Assembly (NCBI GenBank): GCA_038736825.1
Contig: JAVYME010000005.1
Span: 1-32,000, forward strand
Length of the DNA stretch: 32,000 nucleotides
Direction: 5' to 3'
Source: Candidatus Iainarchaeum sp.
Lineage (GTDB): Archaea > Iainarchaeota > Iainarchaeia > Iainarchaeales > DTGL01
The notes below the pieces were generated by a model, which ran no database searches, was not told where the DNA came from, and saw only the letters and a program-made list of their open reading frames with translations. Positions within the stretch are counted from its first letter, which is position 1; the number at the start of each line of letters is the position of its first letter. Shown in pieces: positions 1 through 7,492 of the stretch. Both the position numbers and the translations under genes were made by a program.

Positions 1-582
1 CCAGTGATTTTTGACGGCAAGCGAGGCGACATAGGAAGCACAAGCAAGGCTTATGCCTTGGAAGGCTTTGATTTTTGGAATGCAGATGCTGTCACAGTAA
101 GCCCTTTTCTTGGAAGCGATTCCGTGAAACCCTTTCTTGAAAAAGCCTCTTCAGACGGCAAAGGAATTTATTTTTTGAACCGCACTTCCAATCCAGGCGC
201 TGTTGAATTCCAGGGATTGCTTGTTTCAGGAAAACCTTTTTACTTGATTGCAAGCGAAAAAATCGCTCTTTGGAACAAGGAATGCGCTGGAGCAGGCGCT
301 GTGGTGGGTGCAACATCCCTGCCAGAATTAGAGCAAATTGCAAAATTTTATGTTTCGCAAAATGCTTTGGTTCCATTGCTTATTCCAGGCGTGGGCTCTC
401 AAGGTGGTTCTGCAAGGGAAACAGTGAGTGTATTGAAAAAATGCGGTTATCCATTGCATTTGGCTCGCATAAATTCTTCCAGTGCAATAACCTTTGCGTT
501 TGAAAAAACAGGCTCTGACGATTTCGGGGATGCAGCCGCAAAGGCTTTAAGGGAATTGAACAAAGAAATAGGCTATAAGTGA
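1..582 (+). CDS. pyrF: Orotidine 5'-phosphate decarboxylase, type 2 (C-terminal part; the 5' end lies upstream of the window)
   Basis: The frame is open from base 1. The translation (DGKRGDIGSTSKAYA ... AVTVSPFLG ... LNRTSNPGA) matches the K-R-G-D-I-G-S-T and TSNP blocks of type-2 OMP decarboxylases. A T10 run follows at 597-606. Confidence 0.85.
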   Translation, partial: PVIFDGKRGDIGSTSKAYALEGFDFWNADAVTVSPFLGSDSVKPFLEKASSDGKGIYFLNRTSNPGAVEFQGLLVSGKPFYLIASEKIALWNKECAGAGAVVGATSLPELEQIAKFYVSQNALVPLLIPGVGSQGGSARETVSVLKKCGYPLHLARINSSSAITFAFEKTGSDDFGDAAAKALRELNKEIGYK

Positions 583-622
583 ACCTAAAAATTGAATTTT
601 TTTTTTAAGAGAGCGTGTTTTT

Positions 623-1165
623 GTGAAAAAGGCAATTGGCTTTATTGGTTCTGCTGTCAGGAATGTTGAACCAAAAAAAGCGGAAATTGCAAGAAAACTT
701 GGAAAAATTGCAGCAGAAAAAGGGTTTGTTGTTTTTTCTGGGGCTTGCCCTGGCTATCCACTTGAAGCAGTCAAAGGCGCAAAAGAAGCAGGCGGAACAA
801 CAATCGGGATATCGCCAGCGCAAAACCTTGAAATTCATTCCACTGACTGGCAGTATCCAACAAAAGAATTTGACGCCATAATCTTCACAGGGCTTGGAAG
901 GGCGAGAAATTTTTTGCTTGTGCGTGCTTGTGATGCCTTGATAGTCTTGGAAGGAAGAGTGGGCACGCTCAATGAAGTGACAAGCGCTTACGATGAAGGA
1001 AAAATAATTGCTGTTCTTGAAGGCATGGGCGGGATTGCCTCGCACATGAAAGAGATAAGGAAATGGTTTAAGGGAAAGCCGACTGGCGCAAAAATTGTTT
1101 TTGCAAAAAAACCGGAAGCGCTTTTTTGCAAAATACAGTCACTCCTTGAAAAAAAGAATTGCTGA
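623..1165 (+). CDS. TIGR00725 / LOG-superfamily (SLOG) Rossmann-fold protein, a possible nucleotide phosphoribohydrolase-like enzyme
   Basis: GTG start. The layout KAIGFIGS...VVFSGACPG...LIVLEGRVGTLNEV resembles the GGxGTxxE block of LOG/lysine-decarboxylase-like proteins. Its 3' end overlaps the convergent M20 gene by 27 nt. Confidence 0.7.
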   Translation: MKKAIGFIGSAVRNVEPKKAEIARKLGKIAAEKGFVVFSGACPGYPLEAVKGAKEAGGTTIGISPAQNLEIHSTDWQYPTKEFDAIIFTGLGRARNFLLVRACDALIVLEGRVGTLNEVTSAYDEGKIIAVLEGMGGIASHMKEIRKWFKGKPTGAKIVFAKKPEALFCKIQSLLEKKNC

Positions 1166-2290
1166 AACCATTGCCATTATTTGCGCGAATTCCAAGAGCT
1201 GGCTTATTTCAATTGATTCATTGCTTTGGTGTGCAACCATTTTTCCAGGCCCAAAGCCTACAGCAATAATGCGTTTTTCCAAGAATTTTTTTGCAACAGT
1301 TGTGCCGGAAATGCCGCAAAGCTTGGCATTCTTTCCATAAACTTTTTTCACGCTTTCTTGTATAGCCATTACAAGGGGATTGCTTGCCCGGATTTCAAAA
1401 GGCATTTGGCAGTCAATAACCGAAATCCTGACATCATGCTTTTTTGCAATTTTTTTTATTCGTGCAAGGATTTCGCTTGGCTTTTGGCTTGGAAGAAAGC
1501 GAACATCTATTTTTGCCTCGCAATAGGCAGGCACTATGTTTATGGCTTCACCGCCATTGATTGTGCCAAAGTTAATGGTTGCCTTTTCAAAATATTTGGA
1601 TTTCGCTCTTGGAATTCCTGTTTTTTTTGCTTTGCAAAGAAAGGCAGCCATTTTAAGGATTGCGTTTTCCCCCTTTTCTGGCTCAGAGCCATGCGCTTGC
1701 CTTCCAAGCGAAATGGCTTTCAAGTGCAATAATCCCTTTTCTGCAACAGAAATTTTTTTGTTTTCAGTGAAAACATCCGGGACAACAACAAAATCAGGGC
1801 TTATTTTTTTTTCATTTAAAAGGAATTGCACTCCAAGCCTTGAGCCCTTCTCTTCATCTGCAGCCGCCAAAAGGGAAATTCTGCCCTTCAGTTTTTTTTC
1901 ATGCCTTTTCAAAACCGCCAAGAGAACAGCAGTTGCCGCCAGCGGGCCCTTGTTGTCTGCAACGCCTCTACCGTAAATTTTTCCTTTTTTTTGCACTGCC
2001 TTGAAAGGATCAGTAGTCCAGCCATTGCCTGCAGGCACCACATCTGAATGCAGTGCAATCATTAGCTCGGGCTTTCCTTTTCCAATGCTTGCAACCAGGT
2101 TTGTGCGGTTTTTTTCCTTTTCAAAAAGAGTGGTTTTAATTTTATATTTTTTGAAGTATTTTTGCAAAACCGATGCTGCAAGGCTTTCGCTGCCAGGCGG
2201 ATTAACTGTTTTTTTTGCAACAAGCTCTTTCAAGAGAATGGACAATTCTTTTTTCTTTGCCAAAAGCTCTCTTGAAATTTCAGCGTTCAT
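1139..2290 (-). CDS. M20 family metallohydrolase (ArgE/DapE/LysK-like deacylase)
   Basis: Contains the M20 metal-binding blocks LHSDVVPAG...W..DPF...GKIYGRGVADNKGPLAA and AADEEKGS. I prefer the internal ATG at 2290 (MNAEISRELL...) over the ORF-track start at 2359, because 2359 would overlap the divergent gene starting at 2352. Confidence 0.85.
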   Translation of the reverse strand: MNAEISRELLAKKKELSILLKELVAKKTVNPPGSESLAASVLQKYFKKYKIKTTLFEKEKNRTNLVASIGKGKPELMIALHSDVVPAGNGWTTDPFKAVQKKGKIYGRGVADNKGPLAATAVLLAVLKRHEKKLKGRISLLAAADEEKGSRLGVQFLLNEKKISPDFVVVPDVFTENKKISVAEKGLLHLKAISLGRQAHGSEPEKGENAILKMAAFLCKAKKTGIPRAKSKYFEKATINFGTINGGEAINIVPAYCEAKIDVRFLPSQKPSEILARIKKIAKKHDVRISVIDCQMPFEIRASNPLVMAIQESVKKVYGKNAKLCGISGTTVAKKFLEKRIIAVGFGPGKMVAHQSNESIEISQLLEFAQIMAMVSAILFFKE

Positions 2291-2351
2291 TGATTTTTTT
2301 AGGGCAATAGAGTTTTTAAACAAGAGCGCATTATTTTTAATGTGAGTCAAA

Positions 2352-3881
2352 ATGAACAATGTTGCCGCTTATTCCCTTGAATTGAAAGCAAAGCCTTTTG
2401 AAATAAATGCTGGAAGGCATATTGCAATATTGCACGCAGAAACAGCAGCCAAGCTTGGGCTTCATCCATTGGACAGAATTGAAATATTTCACCCCCAAAA
2501 AAAGATAAAAACAGCCACAGTAATTGACACAACGGACACTGTGCTGAAAAAGCACGAAATAGGGCTTTTCAGCGAGCTAACTGGGTTGCTTGAAGCGAAA
2601 GAAGGCCAAGCCCTGATTGTTTCAGCTGCTGGCGTTCCAGAAAGCCTTAATTCAATAAAAAAGAAGCTCAATGGTGTCACTCTTACCAGCGAAGAAATAA
2701 AATCCATAGTGCGAGACATTAATGCAAACAAGCTCAGCGACATAGAGCTTTCAGCCTTTATGACAGCAGTTCACATTCGCGGTTTTGACCTCAATGAAAC
2801 AGTTGCAATGGCTCAAGCCCTTTCAGAAAACGGGCGCAGAATAAAATTTGATGTTTCTCCGATTGTGGACAAGCATTCTGTTGGCGGCATAAACGGTCGA
2901 GCAACAATGCTTGTGGTTCCAATTGTGGCAGCAGCCGGGCTTTACATTCCAAAAACCTCTTCGCGCTCCATTACTTCTGCTGCTGGAACCGCTGATGCAA
3001 TGGAAGTGCTAGCCAATGTCAATTTGTCCGCTGAAAAGGTTAAATCCATAACAGAAAAGGTTGGCGGCATAATAATGTGGGGTGGAGCGCTTGACCTTGC
3101 ACCAGTGGATGACAAAATAATTAGAGTGGAATACCCTCTTTCTCAAAACCCTCAAGGCCAGGTTATTGCAAGCGTTATAGCCAAAAAGGCGGCTGTTGGC
3201 TCAAAGTTTGTTGTTATAGACATTCCAATAGGGCAGGGAATGAAGATAAGTGACAGACAGCAAGGTTCAGCTATGGCGGAAAAATTCATTTCTGTTGGAA
3301 GGAGAATGGGAATGAAGGTGGAAGCTGTTTTAACTGATGGCTCTCAGCCGAGCGGGAATGCTTTTGGTCCGGCTTTGGAGGCAAGAAATGTAATGCAGGT
3401 TCTTGAAGGCGAGTTTTTTGACAATTTGGCTCAAAAAAGCTGCGAGCTTTGCGGTGTCTTGTTTGAGCTTGCTGGCAAAACTGATGCTGGAGAGGGCTTT
3501 GATTTTGCAAAAAAAATCCTTAAATCGGGAAAGGCGCTCAAAAAAATGCAGCAAATAATTAAAGCGCAGGGCAAAAGGGTTGATTCCTCGAAAAAAATAG
3601 AATTTGCGCCTTATAGTACTGAGGTTAGAGCGGAAAAAGAGGGCGAGGTTTCAAGAGCGAATGTAAAAAAACTCATAGAGCTTGCAAGGATAGCTGGAGC
3701 GCCTTATGACAAAAGGGCTGGCGTTTTGTTGAATGTTGAGCCAGGGCATTCAGTGGAAAAAGGCAGTCCCCTTTACACGATTTATGCTGAAAACAAGAGA
3801 CGGCTTGCATTGGCTGAAAAGTTTGCTCTTTCAGCCAAACCGGTTGAATTTGAAAAAATAATACTTGAAAAAATAAGCTGA
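2352..3881 (+). CDS. deoA: AMP phosphorylase (archaeal thymidine-phosphorylase-family enzyme with an N-terminal extension)
   Basis: About 500 aa. The N-terminal domain LKAKPFEINAGRHIAILHAETAAKLGLHPLDRIEI is followed by the glycosyl-transferase family-3 core (DKHSVGGINGRATMLVVPIVAAAG, TSSRSITSAAGTAD, IASVIAKK), as in archaeal AMP phosphorylases. Confidence 0.85.
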   Translation: MNNVAAYSLELKAKPFEINAGRHIAILHAETAAKLGLHPLDRIEIFHPQKKIKTATVIDTTDTVLKKHEIGLFSELTGLLEAKEGQALIVSAAGVPESLNSIKKKLNGVTLTSEEIKSIVRDINANKLSDIELSAFMTAVHIRGFDLNETVAMAQALSENGRRIKFDVSPIVDKHSVGGINGRATMLVVPIVAAAGLYIPKTSSRSITSAAGTADAMEVLANVNLSAEKVKSITEKVGGIIMWGGALDLAPVDDKIIRVEYPLSQNPQGQVIASVIAKKAAVGSKFVVIDIPIGQGMKISDRQQGSAMAEKFISVGRRMGMKVEAVLTDGSQPSGNAFGPALEARNVMQVLEGEFFDNLAQKSCELCGVLFELAGKTDAGEGFDFAKKILKSGKALKKMQQIIKAQGKRVDSSKKIEFAPYSTEVRAEKEGEVSRANVKKLIELARIAGAPYDKRAGVLLNVEPGHSVEKGSPLYTIYAENKRRLALAEKFALSAKPVEFEKIILEKIS

Positions 3882-3894
3882 ACAGAAATCTCAT

Positions 3895-4758
3895 TCAAGA
3901 AGGCTGTTTTTTTTGCTTTTTTTTCTTTTTTGTTTTTTTTGTCGGGGTTGCCAGTGAATTGTAAAGCGAGACAAGCTCTTCAACTTCCATGCAAAAGACT
4001 TTTCTTTTAGCCTTGGTGTCCTTGAATTTTTCCACTTCCACTGCCTTTATGTTTGCTCTTGCGGAAAGGAATCCTTTTGAGTCCTGCAACGCGTTTGAAA
4101 GGTTTTTGTTTTTGTGCCTGAAAACTTCATCAACAAAGTGCGCGAACCCTTCATCGTTTGAAGATTTTTCCTTTCTTTCAATTCTGTGCATGGCAATTAT
4201 TCCTGAATCGCTTTTCGGTTTTGGGAAGAATCTTTTGGCTTGAATTGTGCCAAGGTCTTCAATCCGGTAATGGTATTGGGCGAGAGCGCTTAAGGCAGAG
4301 TATTCTTCGAATCCAGGGAGTGCTAAAAGTTTGTCTGCAAACTCGCGCTGGAAAACCATGACGCAAAGCTCTGGCTTTTCCTCTAAAACCTTTAACACTA
4401 TTTTTTTGGACAAAAAATAGGGTGGAAAGGAAACTGTTTTATTGTATTCAAGCCCTTTTTCTGCAAGATAGTCAGAGCAGTGCAGTTCAAGCCTTTCCTG
4501 TTCCAGTTCTTTTAAGAGCAATTCACACAACCGCTCGTCTTTTTCAAAAGCCAAAACACTGCTTTTTTCCAAGAGTCTTCTTGTAAGAAAGCCTGTGCCA
4601 GCGCCTATTTCCAAAACCCTGTCTTTTGGTCCAAGGTTGGCTGCACTCACCATTTTTTCTATTACGCCTTCATTGACAATGAAGTGCTGTCCTAGTTTTT
4701 TTTCAGGCCTAAACCTGTATTTTACCATTAGGTTGTTGAGTTCCAGGAAAAGGCTCAA
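3895..4758 (-). CDS. rsmA: 16S rRNA (adenine-N6,N6)-dimethyltransferase RsmA/KsgA/Dim1 with a poly-lysine C-terminal tail
   Basis: KKLGQHFIVNEGVIEKMV...RVLEIGAGTGFLTRRL is the KsgA SAM-binding signature. The C-terminus is TKKTKKKKKQKKQPS. The gene sits in the conserved archaeal L21e-RpoF-DUF655-KsgA arrangement. Confidence 0.9.
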   Translation of the reverse strand: MSLFLELNNLMVKYRFRPEKKLGQHFIVNEGVIEKMVSAANLGPKDRVLEIGAGTGFLTRRLLEKSSVLAFEKDERLCELLLKELEQERLELHCSDYLAEKGLEYNKTVSFPPYFLSKKIVLKVLEEKPELCVMVFQREFADKLLALPGFEEYSALSALAQYHYRIEDLGTIQAKRFFPKPKSDSGIIAMHRIERKEKSSNDEGFAHFVDEVFRHKNKNLSNALQDSKGFLSARANIKAVEVEKFKDTKAKRKVFCMEVEELVSLYNSLATPTKKTKKKKKQKKQPS

Positions 4759-4776
4759 TCAAACCATCTCGTTTTC

Positions 4777-5346
4777 CTATCTTCCCCTGAAATTGGAGCG
4801 CTGTTTTTTTGGCGGCCTTGCAAAGAGGTAGTGTTTTTGGTTTTCGTCTGATAGTTCTTCCAGGATTCTTTTTATGATGATTTTTTTAGGGTCAGGCATT
4901 AATGGAATTCTTTTTTTTATTTCTTCAAGTGATTCAAATGGTTTTTTTTCTCTTTCTTCGAGAATGTCTTTTAAGTGTTTTTTTCCCAGGCTTGGCAGTA
5001 ATTCAAGCTGGTGTCTTCTGAGTGTTATGGGCGTGGATGAATTGAAAAAAGCCACAAATCTTGCCTTGTCTTCTTCCACGATTTTTTCTATTGCGTTCTC
5101 TATTTCTGCTTGCGAGCCTGGCGTCAAATCTGAAAAATCAATTCTCTTTTTTATGAATTCTATTTTTTCCCGTTCTTCTTTTCCTATGTAAACCTTTTCA
5201 AGGGGTTTGAGTTCGGTTTTTGGCACCACTTCCAACAGCGTGAAATATTTTTCGCCTAATACTTGTGCGGAAGCCTCTTCCTTGAAGCCAGTGCTCCGGC
5301 TTTTTGGAATATAATCCAAAACCAGTGCGTAGTCTTCCGCAAGCAT
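4777..5346 (-). CDS. DUF655-family putative RNA-binding protein (OB-fold plus HhH-type C-terminus)
   Basis: The N-terminus EDYALVLDYIPKSRS... and the position between rpoF and ksgA are typical of the archaeal DUF655 family. Confidence 0.75.
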   Translation of the reverse strand: MLAEDYALVLDYIPKSRSTGFKEEASAQVLGEKYFTLLEVVPKTELKPLEKVYIGKEEREKIEFIKKRIDFSDLTPGSQAEIENAIEKIVEEDKARFVAFFNSSTPITLRRHQLELLPSLGKKHLKDILEEREKKPFESLEEIKKRIPLMPDPKKIIIKRILEELSDENQKHYLFARPPKKQRSNFRGR

Positions 5347-5373
5347 TTGACAGCCCCCTTTTTAAAAAAATTT

Positions 5374-5715
5374 TTATTTTGAAACGTATTTTCTCACTAT
5401 TTCCAGCGCTTTTGCCATGTCTTCTTCTGTCACGCCCTCTTTTTTGTCCACTGTTATTTTCATGATTTCCATTTCTGACGGCATTATGTCAATGATTTTA
5501 ACTATGTTTTTTTCGTCAAGCGAACTTATTGCCTTCAATTCTTCGTATATTTTTTCCCTTTGCTTGTCTGTGAGCTTTGCAAACGTTGCAGCATATTTTG
5601 CTGCTTGTTCTTGCTCGTAGGTTGGTTCTTTGTCTTCTCTTTTCCTTGCTTTCAGTATTGCTTTTACTTCAACTAGAGAGACAGGCTTTCTGCTTACAAA
5701 TTCTTCGCCAATCAT
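5374..5715 (-). CDS. rpoF: DNA-directed RNA polymerase subunit Rpo4 (RpoF)
   Basis: 113 aa with PVSLVEVKAILKAR...EPTYEQEQAAKYA...IVKIIDIMP, the Rpo4/F pattern. The start overlaps the L21e stop by 4 nt (ATGA on the minus strand, 5712-5715). Confidence 0.85.
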   Translation of the reverse strand: MIGEEFVSRKPVSLVEVKAILKARKREDKEPTYEQEQAAKYAATFAKLTDKQREKIYEELKAISSLDEKNIVKIIDIMPSEMEIMKITVDKKEGVTEEDMAKALEIVRKYVSK

Positions 5716-6005
5716 TTGCTTTCACCGCCAAAAACCTTGAGATGCGCTGGATGCACTGCAATCTTTTTGTTGCAACCGTCAATCCAGACTTCAACACAAT
5801 TCTTTTTAATTGCTTTCACAGTGCCAGCCATGCCGTGAAATTTTGGTGCAGGCAAGCCTGCGTGCACAGAACTGTCTATGCAGATTATGGCTCTCGAATT
5901 TATGGCTGGTTTTTTCAAGAGCGCGTTCACAGTCAGTTTTGGGCCTTTTCTTTTGAGTTTTGATCTTGTTTTGGCTCTTTTTCCCTTTGCTTCCTTGCTG
6001 CTCAT
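5712..6005 (-). CDS. rpl21e: 50S ribosomal protein L21e
   Basis: 97 aa with KGKRAKTRSKLKRK...IDSSVHAGLPAPKFHGMAGTV, typical of L21e. Confidence 0.9.
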   Translation of the reverse strand: MSSKEAKGKRAKTRSKLKRKGPKLTVNALLKKPAINSRAIICIDSSVHAGLPAPKFHGMAGTVKAIKKNCVEVWIDGCNKKIAVHPAHLKVFGGESK

Positions 6006-6054
6006 TTTTACACCCCTGCAATTGCATGCCTAAATCCATGACTATGCAAATCTT

Positions 6055-6192
6055 GGAATTTAAAGAATTCTTCCAAGAAAAAGTATTTAAAGCAGAGTAT
6101 TTGTTTTTTTTCTCTTGGTTTTTTAAAAAAGGAAGGTTTTTAAATACCTTTTTAAAAACATCATTTGAGTATTTAAGTGGGGCTTTTAAAGG
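6055..6192. promoter_or_regulatory. Divergent promoter region (L21e operon / tbp) packed with TTTAAA-type TATA-like boxes
   Basis: TTTAAA-type elements lie at about 6058-6067, 6088-6096, 6121-6130, 6137-6146, 6148-6159, 6170-6177 and 6183-6192. A GGGGTG SD-like box at 6191-6196 lies 8 nt before the TTG start of tbp. Confidence 0.4.
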
Positions 6193-6204
6193 GGTGTAAG
6201 GATT

Positions 6205-6774
6205 TTGAAGTATTCTATTGTGAATCTTGTTGCATCTGCTTCCTTGAAGGGAACGCTTGACCTTTACAATCTTGCAATGTCGATTCCGGACATAGAGTAT
6301 GAACCCGAACAGTTTCCGGGCGCAATATTGAAATTGAAAGAGCCAAAGGTTTCAATGTTGTTGTTCAAGAACGGCAAGGTTATCTGTTCTGGCGCCAACA
6401 ATGAAAAGGAAATCGCTATTGGAATAAAAAAGGCTTCAAAGCTCGTGCATGAAATCCAGAAAGACATTCCAGTGCTTAGAAAGGTTAATTATACTGTGGT
6501 GAATCTTGTTGCCACTGCTGCTTTGAACCAGACAGTTGACTTGTTCCAGGCAGCGCTTAACCTGGATAACGTGGAATATGAACCCGAACAGTTTCCAGGT
6601 GCAATTGTGAGGGTTTCAGACCCAAAAATAACACTGCTTTTGTTCAAAAACGGCAAAATAATTTGTGCTGGTGCAAAAACCGAGGCATTGCTTCAAAAGG
6701 GCTTGAACAAGGCTGCAAAAATGATTCGCGGCATAAGCAAGGCAAAAAAGGGAAAAAAATCCGAGTTGATGTGA
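6205..6774 (+). CDS. tbp: TATA-box binding protein (TBP)
   Basis: Two tandem TBP repeats (IVNLVASASL...EYEPEQFPGAILKL...LLFKNGKVICSGA and VVNLVATAAL...EYEPEQFPGAIVRV...LLFKNGKIICAGA). TTG start. Basic C-terminal tail KAKKGKKSELM. Confidence 0.95.
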   Translation: MKYSIVNLVASASLKGTLDLYNLAMSIPDIEYEPEQFPGAILKLKEPKVSMLLFKNGKVICSGANNEKEIAIGIKKASKLVHEIQKDIPVLRKVNYTVVNLVATAALNQTVDLFQAALNLDNVEYEPEQFPGAIVRVSDPKITLLLFKNGKIICAGAKTEALLQKGLNKAAKMIRGISKAKKGKKSELM

Positions 6775-6775
6775 G

Positions 6776-6794
6776 TTTCCCAACCTTTTTAAAG
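6776..6794 (+). promoter_or_regulatory. Putative BRE/TATA promoter of the 5S rRNA gene
   Basis: TTTCCCAACC followed by TTTTTAAAG, centred about 27 nt upstream of the predicted 5S 5' end. This is the canonical archaeal TATA-to-TSS spacing. Confidence 0.5.
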
Positions 6795-6816
6795 TTTTTC
6801 TTTCACTTTTATTATT

Positions 6817-6934
<118 letters not shown>

Positions 6935-6937
6935 ACC

Positions 6938-6959
6938 TTTTACTTTTTTCTTTTTTTTT
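6938..6959 (+). terminator. Poly-T archaeal terminator after the 5S rRNA gene
   Basis: Runs of T4, T6 and T9 lie within 22 nt immediately after the 5S 3' end. Confidence 0.6.
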
Positions 6960-6966
6960 AGTTTCT

Positions 6967-6990
6967 TTTCCCAACCAATTTTTTTATTTT
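6967..6990 (+). promoter_or_regulatory. Putative promoter of the orphan gene at 7045, sharing the 10-nt TTTCCCAACC box with the 5S promoter
   Basis: TTTCCCAACC (6967-6976) is identical to 6776-6785. It is followed by AATTTTTTTATTTT, about 55-75 nt upstream of the ATG at 7045. Confidence 0.35.
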
Positions 6991-7044
6991 GCTTTTTTTT
7001 CTAACAGGCTTTTTTTTATTATCTTCACTTCAGAAAATAATTGA

Positions 7045-7428
7045 ATGAAGCCAAAAAAGCATTTGTTGCCGCCAAGAGCTCGCACTGAAAGAGCCAGAAA
7101 ATGGAGAAGGATAAGAGAACTCGCTGAAGCCAAAAGACAGCGTGAAACAAAAAAATTCCACCATTCTTTTCCGAAGGGCTCTAAAGCCAGAATTGGAGGC
7201 TGGATTTATGATGCAAACTCGCTTGAACGCCAGCTTGAAGCTTTAATTGAAAAAAACATTGCCCGTGCTAAAATCCCCTTGCGCGGAAAAATGCTGGAGA
7301 CTGTTTCAGAAAACGCAGTATCCGTCCTTCTCGGAGTTGAAGCATTAAAAGATTTCAGGAAATGGAAGGAAACAACCGGAAAAACAAGTCTTAATGCATG
7401 GATTAAGGCAAGACTTGAAAGAAAATAA
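7045..7428 (+). CDS. Hypothetical protein, 127 aa, with an Arg/Lys-rich N-terminus (orphan)
   Basis: ATG-initiated ORF with its own upstream TATA-like box. The N-terminus is KPKKHLLPPRARTERARKWRRIRELAEAKRQRETKK. I recognise no domain. Confidence 0.5.
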   Translation: MKPKKHLLPPRARTERARKWRRIRELAEAKRQRETKKFHHSFPKGSKARIGGWIYDANSLERQLEALIEKNIARAKIPLRGKMLETVSENAVSVLLGVEALKDFRKWKETTGKTSLNAWIKARLERK

Positions 7429-7492
7429 AAACCCTTTTTTCAATTTTTTTAAAACCAAAACAATTAAATAACTCCATTGCATTAATTATTGC

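Noticed and set aside
2291-2359. N-terminal extension of the M20 hydrolase to the track start at 2359
   Set aside because: It would overlap the divergent AMP phosphorylase start (2352) and remove the shared promoter spacer. The extension (MFILTHIKNNALLFKNSIALKKS) is AT-rich spacer-like sequence. The ATG at 2290 gives a normal M20 N-terminus.
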